Shown here: in pieces, positions 56,570-64,000 of the stretch
Layout of the letters: each line of letters starts with the position of its first letter
How positions within the stretch are numbered: the stretch's first letter is position 1
IMG/VR virus record: IMGVR_UViG_3300028410_000746
DNA length: 64,000 nucleotides
Reading direction: 5' to 3' (one strand)
Source of the DNA: a virus
Taxonomy: Duplodnaviria; Caudoviricetes
Made by a program: the position numbers and the translations under genes
The notes under the pieces: model-generated
Told to the model about the DNA's origin: nothing
The model's input: the letters and a program-made list of their open reading frames with translations, nothing else
Databases searched by the model: none

Positions 56570-58702
56570 TCAAGTCGTGATACGCTTTAGGATCGTCAAC
56601 AGGCGATCGTAGGTGGGCGCGTCGATCATGCCTGCGTAGCGGTAGCCGCTGGCAGTCAGGATACCGAGGTCCAGGGCTGTGCCATAGAGAGAGTCCTCAG
56701 AAGCTCCCGGCATATCCCGCACAAACGAGAGGCGATCCGTCTCCAGCCAAACCTTGGCCTCCGACAGGATCTCCGCGTAATCCTCGTTGAGCAGCGACAT
56801 CGAACCCGACGGGAGCGTCCAGTTCGGAGACGGCGGCCTCTCCGAAACCGGCAAGCGACCGGGAAGGCCTCTGTACTGAGCCACGCGGTTGCGTCGAGAG
56901 AGTGCACGGGTGAAGCCGTCGGAGAAGGCCTGAGCTGTTTTGTTTGACTTCATGAGGTCCTCCAAGAGAGACGTAAAGAACGCAGCAAACGACGAGTCTA
57001 CCGCCTCGGGGGTCTTGGTACTCTCCTGATCCTTCTTGCGGCGCGTCAAGTAGACCTTGACCTGCACCGGATCAAATACACGCGCTCGGCCCGGCTCCTC
57101 CGGAGAGAGGCGGAGCTGCTCAAAGTAACCCTTGGTCAAGAAGTCCGCTGTCAGCTCGTCCATAAGACGCTGCTTGAACGCGGGCTCCAGGATAGCCGTC
57201 GCAGCCTGAGTGTTCGGACCGATATCGAGAGCCATACGGTAACCGGGTTCGTCCTTGACAAGCTCCACAAGGTCTTTATCGGATAGCTTGCGGATCTTCT
57301 CCACGAAATCAGATACCTGAGCCTCATCCGTAAAGTCGACCTCGGAGGGTTTCAGCCCATCTCCGCTCGCAGCCTCCAGACGAGACAGCACACGCCCATA
57401 GGTCGTCGTCTCATCCGGAGCCTTCTTGCGCGACAAGGATACAAGGGGCTCCTTCAGCTCCGTGTAATACTTCTGCGCGGAGGAGCCCTTCTCCGAGTCC
57501 TTGATGAGCGCATCAAGCTGGGCCACACCTGCGTCCACATCCTTCTGAGAGGAGAAGAGGGCCGCCTGATACAGCTTGGGGCTATCGTAGTTGAGCTGGC
57601 GAACCAAGCCACGATCACTCAACGCGTTCAAGGCCTTCTTGTCGGGCAAGAGAGACTCAAGCGTGTTCTCCTCTCCCAGAGACGGGAGGTTACGCAGGCG
57701 AGCGCGCGCGCCCTCGAAGACTGACTTCACCTGCTCGTAGTACATGCGCTGGACAGGGTTGTTCTCGAACCCGGCCTGCGTCAGCTTCTCGGAGACGTCC
57801 TGGAGCGCTGAATCGTGATCGTACACGTCCCAGTTGCTCGCATGGTCTTCCAGGACCTTCTTTGTGTCCGCGTCCAGCTCCCCACGAAACCCCTCAGGCA
57901 TCTCGTCCATACCCTTGGGGTAGGAGGCCTTCTGCTCCATCATCACGCGCTGTGCAGCCTGAGCCTGCACCGAGTCCGGGTCATCCGAGACGCCCACATC
58001 ATACAGGTCATCATAGGACGCACCTGAATCACGAAAGGCCTGCGCCTGTGTATCAATGAGCACCTGCCGCTGCTCTCCACGGGAGTCGTCGATATTATCT
58101 GGGACCACCTCCTCGCCAGAGACCTCCGGAACGTTGTCACGCATCTCGTTTAGAAGCTCTCGCTCCATGTCCGTGATCGCGTCATCGTCCTCCCCCTCTT
58201 CTCCTGCGTCACCGGACGCAGCCTCCGCGCTCTCTTCACCGGCATCAGCCTCCTCCGGCTCTTCACGGATCTTGAGCTGGCGAGGGTTCTTGGGCTTCTC
58301 CGCCTCACCCTCGGAGTCCTTTGCAGACTCATCCTCCTCGGAGCCGCCCTCCTCCGAGTCTTTGACCACGTGATCCTTACGGTCCGCACCTGGATGAGCC
58401 TCCTGATACGTGTCCCAGGCCTCCTCGGTGGCGAACTCAGCCCCCATGAACAGACGTGAGACACGCTGGGCGAGAGTCTCCCCACCAATGTCTTTGTAGT
58501 TGAGCGAGAGGTCCCTGTCCTTGCCGTCCGTGTCCTTGTCCTTGGGCTGGATGCGGCCGCGCTCCTTGTCCCGGCGAGGAGGCTTGTTCTTGGGAGAGGG
58601 ACGCACCAAGCGCTCCGCCTCCTCTTGCTCGCGCTCCGCGTCGCTCTTCGTGGCTTTACGGTGTGTCATCGGTCTTGTCCTCGCGTTGCGTGTGAGATGC
58701 AC
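56570..58702 (-). CDS. large acidic hypothetical protein (head module)
   Basis: 710-aa ORF directly after portal. Confidence 0.75.
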   Translation of the reverse strand: MHLTRNARTRPMTHRKATKSDAEREQEEAERLVRPSPKNKPPRRDKERGRIQPKDKDTDGKDRDLSLNYKDIGGETLAQRVSRLFMGAEFATEEAWDTYQEAHPGADRKDHVVKDSEEGGSEEDESAKDSEGEAEKPKNPRQLKIREEPEEADAGEESAEAASGDAGEEGEDDDAITDMERELLNEMRDNVPEVSGEEVVPDNIDDSRGEQRQVLIDTQAQAFRDSGASYDDLYDVGVSDDPDSVQAQAAQRVMMEQKASYPKGMDEMPEGFRGELDADTKKVLEDHASNWDVYDHDSALQDVSEKLTQAGFENNPVQRMYYEQVKSVFEGARARLRNLPSLGEENTLESLLPDKKALNALSDRGLVRQLNYDSPKLYQAALFSSQKDVDAGVAQLDALIKDSEKGSSAQKYYTELKEPLVSLSRKKAPDETTTYGRVLSRLEAASGDGLKPSEVDFTDEAQVSDFVEKIRKLSDKDLVELVKDEPGYRMALDIGPNTQAATAILEPAFKQRLMDELTADFLTKGYFEQLRLSPEEPGRARVFDPVQVKVYLTRRKKDQESTKTPEAVDSSFAAFFTSLLEDLMKSNKTAQAFSDGFTRALSRRNRVAQYRGLPGRLPVSERPPSPNWTLPSGSMSLLNEDYAEILSEAKVWLETDRLSFVRDMPGASEDSLYGTALDLGILTASGYRYAGMIDAPTYDRLLTILKRITT

Positions 58703-60608
58703 TCATCATACGGCGCACCTGTTCCCCAAGCTGGGGATTCGACTGCAAGGCTCCTGTAATGTACGACGCCAGATCCTGGACGCTCGACGGGATAACCCCC
58801 GGCGACGGCTGCGAACCCTGTACCGACCCGAAGCGCGAGTTGGTGTCCTTGGGAGGGCTGTAGGACAGCTTGAGGTAGTCCGCAGTACGCTCCAGGAGAT
58901 CGGTCTGCTCCGGAAGCGCGCGACCAACCTCCGAGTAGGAGGACCTCAGGATCTCGTTGAAGAGCGAGTCGTTCATCGTCAAGAAGTCCTGACGCAGACG
59001 CTCCTCGACAGCCTGAGGGTCCAGGTTGAACAGCTCCAGGATGTACCCCACGCTCAAGCTGCCCTTCTGATACAGGTTGAACATCGCATCGAACGTGTCC
59101 CTGTTGTCTCGAAGGGCCAGACGCGTAAAGCTCAGCTCGGGGTAGAGCACCACCAAGTTGCCAAACTCGTCCACCTCCGTGTAGCCCTTCTTGATGGCCA
59201 CGGGACGGAACAGGTTCTCCTCCACGTACTGCTGGATACGCTCGCGATAGAGCATGTAGCGCGTGTTGATCACCTCGATGTTGATACGCTCGCCCGAGTA
59301 GCTCGACTCACCCGTGAGCATCGACTGAGTGACACCCAGACCGGCAAAGAGCTGACGATCCGTAATGTCGTACTCACCCGCCAAGTCCAGGAGCCTGTCT
59401 CGGGCCGAGATCTCCTCCCAGGTGACCTGGAAGTTGGTGATCAGCGAGTAATCCGGGTCCATGAGCAGGAGGTCAACCTGCTCGCGCAGATCCTCCACGT
59501 CCGCCAGGGACATGTCCTCCGCATACACGAGCCTCTTGGGCGTCATGGCCCTGGACGCAATGGAGGTCTGAGCTTGACGCAGCTTGTCTCGGTACACCAG
59601 GGTGCGCATCACCGACTGAAGAATCGACTCGCCGTGATCCTTACCCGCTTGACGGTTGCGCGACAAGTGGTATACAAAGGAGCCCTTCTCCGGGTCTGTA
59701 CCCAGGGGGAGGTTCATATCCTGAGAGATGTACTCAATGATCTGCTCCGGGACATCCTCCAGCGCCTCAATAGCGGACTCGTCCCCTGCCATGGCAGCCT
59801 TGACCAGACCTTGAGTGGCGCCGTCAGGGATCAGCTCGACCTTGTACTTGTGTGAAAAGGAGTACGTCTCCAGAGAGACCTGATCGGGCGGGAGGATGAT
59901 CACCCGGTCCCAACCTCGATAGTGAGCCTGCCGGTACGTCGCGATGGCCTCTTCAGCATCGGACCGACGAACCACGCGCATGGACGTCTCCCCCGTCTCC
60001 GTGTCCAGATGGTTGAGGGTCTCGGTGAAGACGTACTCCGGAACCTCAGGCTCGGTGTCCTCCGCGAACAGGAAGGCCTCCCCGATCACGTAGAACTCTC
60101 GGGTCGCATCCACGAGGACGTTGAGGAGGTCTATCTTCTTGACCATCTCCTCGTAGAACCTCAGGATCTCGCGATTCTTCTTGGCGTCCGTGCCCTTGGG
60201 CATGGTCAAACGCAGCTTGGAGAGCGGCAGCTCCGTGTGGAGGATCACCGCCTGCTGGACGTAGGGATCGTTGTTGTAGAAGAAGCGGTAGTACGACCGC
60301 ATCTCAGCAAGGTTTTGCGGAAGCTCCAGGAAGTCCGTAGAGAGCTGCGGGGAGTACACGTTGGTGGCGCTGCCCATCGTCACGCCCGCGCCCCCACCAA
60401 AGCCGCCGCCGCCGCCGCCGCCGCCGCCACCGAAGCCATAACCGTATGAGCCCGATCCCCCGATGTAGTTGGCTGTGCGGTTCAGACGCGACGCAATCCG
60501 AGAAGAAGGACGCACCTCGGCCAGACCCTGCGACGCGATCACCTTGCGGACGTGGGACACCGAAGAGACAATCTCGGCCTGCTCATTCTGTTCACGCAAC
60601 GTAGCCAT
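58656..60608 (-). CDS. portal protein
   Basis: Downstream of TerL; FFYNNDPYVQQAVILHTELP...EFYVIGEAF...ILPP...G.SIL...I..GLGV..SML.GE pattern. Confidence 0.85.
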   Translation of the reverse strand: MATLREQNEQAEIVSSVSHVRKVIASQGLAEVRPSSRIASRLNRTANYIGGSGSYGYGFGGGGGGGGGGFGGGAGVTMGSATNVYSPQLSTDFLELPQNLAEMRSYYRFFYNNDPYVQQAVILHTELPLSKLRLTMPKGTDAKKNREILRFYEEMVKKIDLLNVLVDATREFYVIGEAFLFAEDTEPEVPEYVFTETLNHLDTETGETSMRVVRRSDAEEAIATYRQAHYRGWDRVIILPPDQVSLETYSFSHKYKVELIPDGATQGLVKAAMAGDESAIEALEDVPEQIIEYISQDMNLPLGTDPEKGSFVYHLSRNRQAGKDHGESILQSVMRTLVYRDKLRQAQTSIASRAMTPKRLVYAEDMSLADVEDLREQVDLLLMDPDYSLITNFQVTWEEISARDRLLDLAGEYDITDRQLFAGLGVTQSMLTGESSYSGERINIEVINTRYMLYRERIQQYVEENLFRPVAIKKGYTEVDEFGNLVVLYPELSFTRLALRDNRDTFDAMFNLYQKGSLSVGYILELFNLDPQAVEERLRQDFLTMNDSLFNEILRSSYSEVGRALPEQTDLLERTADYLKLSYSPPKDTNSRFGSVQGSQPSPGVIPSSVQDLASYITGALQSNPQLGEQVRRMMSASHTQREDKTDDTP

Positions 60609-60622
60609 TTAAAACTCTCCCT

Positions 60623-61003
60623 TCACTGATTCAAAAACCGGCTCAGAATGCGCTCCAGGTCAAACTCAATCGTGTTTGCCTGTTCTGCCAACTTCCGGCT
60701 GTCCTGCTGCTGACGCTCACTACGACGTGATCGACGCTCTTGCGCTCTTGTCCGAGCGCCAACGATCCGCCTCTTGAGACTGCGTACCATGCCCGCACCT
60801 TCAAGGCTTGAAGTCATTGATACAAAATTGCGAGCTTCCCGACGAACTTGACCCGACAGGTCTCGATCCTCTCGAACCATCTCATTGAGGTCCATGGTCA
60901 TACGAGCAAGCGTGCGTGCTTCCCGAAGCATCGCAGCCTCTACACGCTCCATCTCACGCACGTGCGACTCGATCGCGTCAAAGTCTTCCTGGTCCATACT
61001 CAT
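60623..61003 (-). CDS. coiled-coil hypothetical protein
   Basis: Coupled ORF. Confidence 0.6.
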   Translation of the reverse strand: MSMDQEDFDAIESHVREMERVEAAMLREARTLARMTMDLNEMVREDRDLSGQVRREARNFVSMTSSLEGAGMVRSLKRRIVGARTRAQERRSRRSERQQQDSRKLAEQANTIEFDLERILSRFLNQ

Positions 61004-61227
61004 TTGCGTCCCTTGGACTTTTTCTCACTCAGGTACGCCCGGCAGCACTTCTTGAGCACCGTCCACGCCTCCGGATCACCCTTGGCCAACGCCTCCCAGG
61101 TTCCCCCCGCCTGCTCGTATAGCTCGACGACCTCATCGTACATGGCCTCCTCGCGAGACCCTACGCCCATCTTACGAAGAGCTTCGTCCACGCTCATGTG
61201 GCAAAAACGGTCATGCTGCTTGGGCAT
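61000..61227 (-). CDS. hypothetical protein
   Basis: GGAG RBS; coupled. Confidence 0.55.
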   Translation of the reverse strand: MPKQHDRFCHMSVDEALRKMGVGSREEAMYDEVVELYEQAGGTWEALAKGDPEAWTVLKKCCRAYLSEKKSKGRK

Positions 61228-61230
61228 TGT

Positions 61231-63216
61231 TCATCTCCTGCGTCGGTTCCAGCGCTCGATCTGCTTCAAGCGACCTCCCCGCTGATCGGTGTAGTTGTTG
61301 TGCCGACTCTTTCGACGCTGATAGGAAGCCACCGACGTGGGACCCGAGGGCCGGTCATCCGAACCTCCCCGCGCGCCGCGACCCGCGATGGCCGTCTGTT
61401 TCCCCGTAGCCATGGCGCTGAGCCAGACCGAGCGAACCAGAGCATCCGAAAAGTCATCGTGCTTCCCATCGGTTTGGGGAGCCTCTACCTCGATGATCTT
61501 CTTGGACTTGCGCGTCGCCCGAAGCTCCAACAGCTCCGTGATGTAGGGAGCATTCTTGGCATCTCCGGCGTCGAGGACCGAGGAAGCGGTGTCGTTGTCG
61601 TCCTCCGTGTTCACGTCACGCATCATGTAGTCGTACAGCTCAAGTTTACCATGATACATCAGGGCCTTGAATGCGTCGAACATCTGGGACGTGTGATCCT
61701 TGGTGAACTGCTTGGACTTGATCTGCTCCAGCCCCATCTTGTCCAGGGTCTGCTGGAAGCTCAGACCCTGCCACTGGTCGAACAGGCCTTCTCGGACGTA
61801 AAACTTGCGCGAGACCTCCTTGACCCAGGCGGCCATCTCATCGAAGTCGAGCATGTCCACGTGGACGATCTCCCGCGCGTACGGGACCATCGGAGCCTGC
61901 AAGTGGGGGTTGAGGTCGTACCAGTCATGACCTGCCTGCCACTCCTCGTGGTAGATGAGGCGGATACCATCAGCTTCGGGACGGGTGAGCACGAGCGACG
62001 TACGGTCCGAGACCACAGCGAGGTCGAGCCCCATGTAGTGCGCCTGACGCGCGCGGCCACGAATCTCAGGCTTGAGGTCCTTGAGCACGCACACCATGAG
62101 GTCTCGCTTACGCTCGATCCACGAGCTAACACGGTCCGTGAACTCCGCACCAAACTCCGTCGCAAAGACCGTCGGATCGTTGGCCTGGAAGTCCTCCAGG
62201 AAGGAGATGGGGACCTGCGGGTTGACCTCCCACGTCGGCGCCTGAATCATGAGGAGATCGCGAGCAGGTGGACCACCAGCCTTGGACTGCGAATACGAGT
62301 TGTAGAAGAGACCCGACTTCGCAGAAGGCGAAGAGATCATGATCACACGGCCCTCAGAATGCGACGTGAGGTTCGTCTGAGACTGATTGGGGTCCGAGGG
62401 CCCGAACGTAGCTACCGAGGGCGTGACGGCGCTGTAAACGGACTGAGCAGACGACCCGCCCTTGTCCTTGAAGAAGGCGACCTCATCCAGAATGACGACG
62501 ATGTTGGCGTAACCACGGATACCTGAGCTGGACGAGGAGAAGAACCTGATCTGACAGCTCGCCCGGCCATCATCACGCGCCGAACCCGTCTCCTCGATGT
62601 CGTGAGGAGTCTGGAACCTCATGAACGACTGCGTGTCGTGTGACAGAAAGGGCGTGAAGAAGTCACAGTTGACGAAGTGGTTGCGAATAGCGTTGTAGAG
62701 GATCTGAGACTGATCCTTGGTCGGAGCGACCGTGGACAGGGTGATCTCAGCACCCTCAGCCATCCCGTAGTACCGCTGCGGGTCAAACTTGCGCAGGAGC
62801 CGGTAGATCTCGTAAGCCCCGATGATCGACGAGATGAAGGACTTGCCAGAACGTCGACCAATAGGGAGGATCAGTCGGTGCCGCTCGTGATCTGGCTCCC
62901 GGATGTTGCATCGGCCCTCATTGAAGAGGTAGCCCATGTACTCGGCTTCGGTGAAGTTGTGGAAATGCTCCGCCTTGGCCGAGTCTCCATCGCGCCAGTT
63001 CTTGGGGATGCGAATCGTACGCTCGGAGCTGTTCAGCTCCAGGTTGTAATAGCACTTGAGGATGAACTGCTGCACCGGGAACAAGCGGATACGCTCACTA
63101 GGACCCATGTTCAACCCAAACGGGCTCTCCACGAACTCCTGGATGTTCATGGCCGAAGGGGTTTCGTCGGCCGTACTACGGCGTCCGGCTCGGCTAAATA
63201 GGGTTGAAAGATCCAT
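61231..63216 (-). CDS. terL: terminase large subunit
   Basis: Walker A GRRSGKS, Walker B VILDEVA, RNase-H nuclease MGLDLAVVSD...HDDFSDAL. Confidence 0.95.
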   Translation of the reverse strand: MDLSTLFSRAGRRSTADETPSAMNIQEFVESPFGLNMGPSERIRLFPVQQFILKCYYNLELNSSERTIRIPKNWRDGDSAKAEHFHNFTEAEYMGYLFNEGRCNIREPDHERHRLILPIGRRSGKSFISSIIGAYEIYRLLRKFDPQRYYGMAEGAEITLSTVAPTKDQSQILYNAIRNHFVNCDFFTPFLSHDTQSFMRFQTPHDIEETGSARDDGRASCQIRFFSSSSSGIRGYANIVVILDEVAFFKDKGGSSAQSVYSAVTPSVATFGPSDPNQSQTNLTSHSEGRVIMISSPSAKSGLFYNSYSQSKAGGPPARDLLMIQAPTWEVNPQVPISFLEDFQANDPTVFATEFGAEFTDRVSSWIERKRDLMVCVLKDLKPEIRGRARQAHYMGLDLAVVSDRTSLVLTRPEADGIRLIYHEEWQAGHDWYDLNPHLQAPMVPYAREIVHVDMLDFDEMAAWVKEVSRKFYVREGLFDQWQGLSFQQTLDKMGLEQIKSKQFTKDHTSQMFDAFKALMYHGKLELYDYMMRDVNTEDDNDTASSVLDAGDAKNAPYITELLELRATRKSKKIIEVEAPQTDGKHDDFSDALVRSVWLSAMATGKQTAIAGRGARGGSDDRPSGPTSVASYQRRKSRHNNYTDQRGGRLKQIERWNRRRR

Positions 63217-63240
63217 AGCAAGTCACTCCGTTTGGGGGGG

Positions 63241-63792
63241 TCAGTCCGAGTCTCCCCCGGACTTGACGTACTTCAACGCCTCACGCTCCCACCCCTCGAA
63301 AAGCTCCTGCATGACGTCGAAAAAGCGCTGGCGCATCTCGTCTTTCATTTCGACCTCATCACAAGCCGCTGAGATCTTGTCGACCCAGAACTTGAAGAGG
63401 AGTTGGAACGTGTTTGAGCTGAAGTCAAGAGACTCGCTCATAACCGTCTCGCGCTTCTTGAAGTAGGTGTCGATCACCGCCTTGATGGACGTGATCTTCT
63501 TGGCGCTGATGGTGGTGGTATCCTTGCCCTTGCGCTCGGCCTCTTGCCGCTCGAAGTCCAGGCTCCCCGCCTCCTTGGCCAGCTCCACCATGGCCACGTC
63601 CAGGACGTCCATGCTGTCTGGAGCCTCAATGAGCTGAGTGACCAGAGCGTCGTCGCGCAGATGGCGCTTCTTGTTGCGCATGAGCTGCGCGACGACCTCA
63701 TCTACCGGCTCAATCGGGATCTTGGGAGGACGACCCCTGGGGCGCTTCTTATCAACCCGCTCCAGCGTCACAACCTGCAATTTGCTTCCCAT
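63241..63792 (-). CDS. putative terminase small subunit
   Basis: Directly upstream of terL; helical; AGGAGG RBS; AT-hook-like RPRGRPPK. Confidence 0.5.
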   Translation of the reverse strand: MGSKLQVVTLERVDKKRPRGRPPKIPIEPVDEVVAQLMRNKKRHLRDDALVTQLIEAPDSMDVLDVAMVELAKEAGSLDFERQEAERKGKDTTTISAKKITSIKAVIDTYFKKRETVMSESLDFSSNTFQLLFKFWVDKISAACDEVEMKDEMRQRFFDVMQELFEGWEREALKYVKSGGDSD

Positions 63793-63822
63793 AACCAACC
63801 TCCTAAACAAAGAAAACGCAGC

Positions 63823-64000
63823 TCAGCGCAACGACGCCGCGACGCGCTTGAGAAGAGTCGCCTCTTCCTTGCGACCCAGGACCGAGAACATGACGCCCAT
63901 CGCGTAGGTCATGAGGTAGGCCTGACGACGCATCTCATCCGAATCCTGCTTGGTGACCGCGACAACAAACTTCGAGCCGCCCGCCTTGAGCTGGCTGCCC
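63823..64000 (-). CDS. 3' end of a gene running in from beyond the window
   Basis: ...QAYLMTYAMGVMFSVLGRKEEATLLKRVAASLR*. Confidence 0.55.
   Translation of the reverse strand, partial: GSQLKAGGSKFVVAVTKQDSDEMRRQAYLMTYAMGVMFSVLGRKEEATLLKRVAASLR

Noticed and set aside
61231-63216. Intein in TerL (a common site)
   Set aside because: ATPase and nuclease motifs are at normal spacing; no C/S-start or HN-C/S/T junction seen.

Overview
GC-rich (roughly 60-65% by eye), almost entirely minus-strand segment of a large tailed (myovirus-type, probably jumbo) bacteriophage. Right half (about 19-64 kb) is the morphogenesis region, read right to left: putative small terminase, large terminase, portal, prohead protease, acidic scaffold, decoration protein, 292-aa major capsid protein, many small head-region proteins, neck/adaptor genes, an actin-like ATPase and a 1520-aa tail sheath. 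Left part (1-19 kb) holds accessory and host-like genes: GyrB-type topoisomerase (truncated by the window), GNAT, ECF sigma factor, dUTPase, tandem cold-shock protein, AAA ATPase, DUF1848-like protein, HNH, DHH phosphoesterase, an EGF/myxobacterial Cys-repeat lipoprotein and GroEL. The Cys-repeat lipoprotein suggests a Myxococcota/Bradymonadia-like host (inference). The most unusual stretch is 35.4-39.2 kb. A neck-region gene is fractured by an atypically split Ser1/Ser+1 intein, with a Vsr-like endonuclease gene between the halves; that endonuclease carries one in-frame TGA. Directly downstream is a type I-E CRISPR mini-array with its own predicted terminator and promoter, no cas genes seen in the window, and a promoter-like spacer. 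A further solitary repeat-like hairpin lies about 0.85 kb on. A ~25-aa motif (LxxxLIRLxxxxPELRxxLxPV) is grafted onto 6-7 otherwise unrelated proteins and may be a virion-packaging tag. All calls come from motif recognition by eye; no searches were run.
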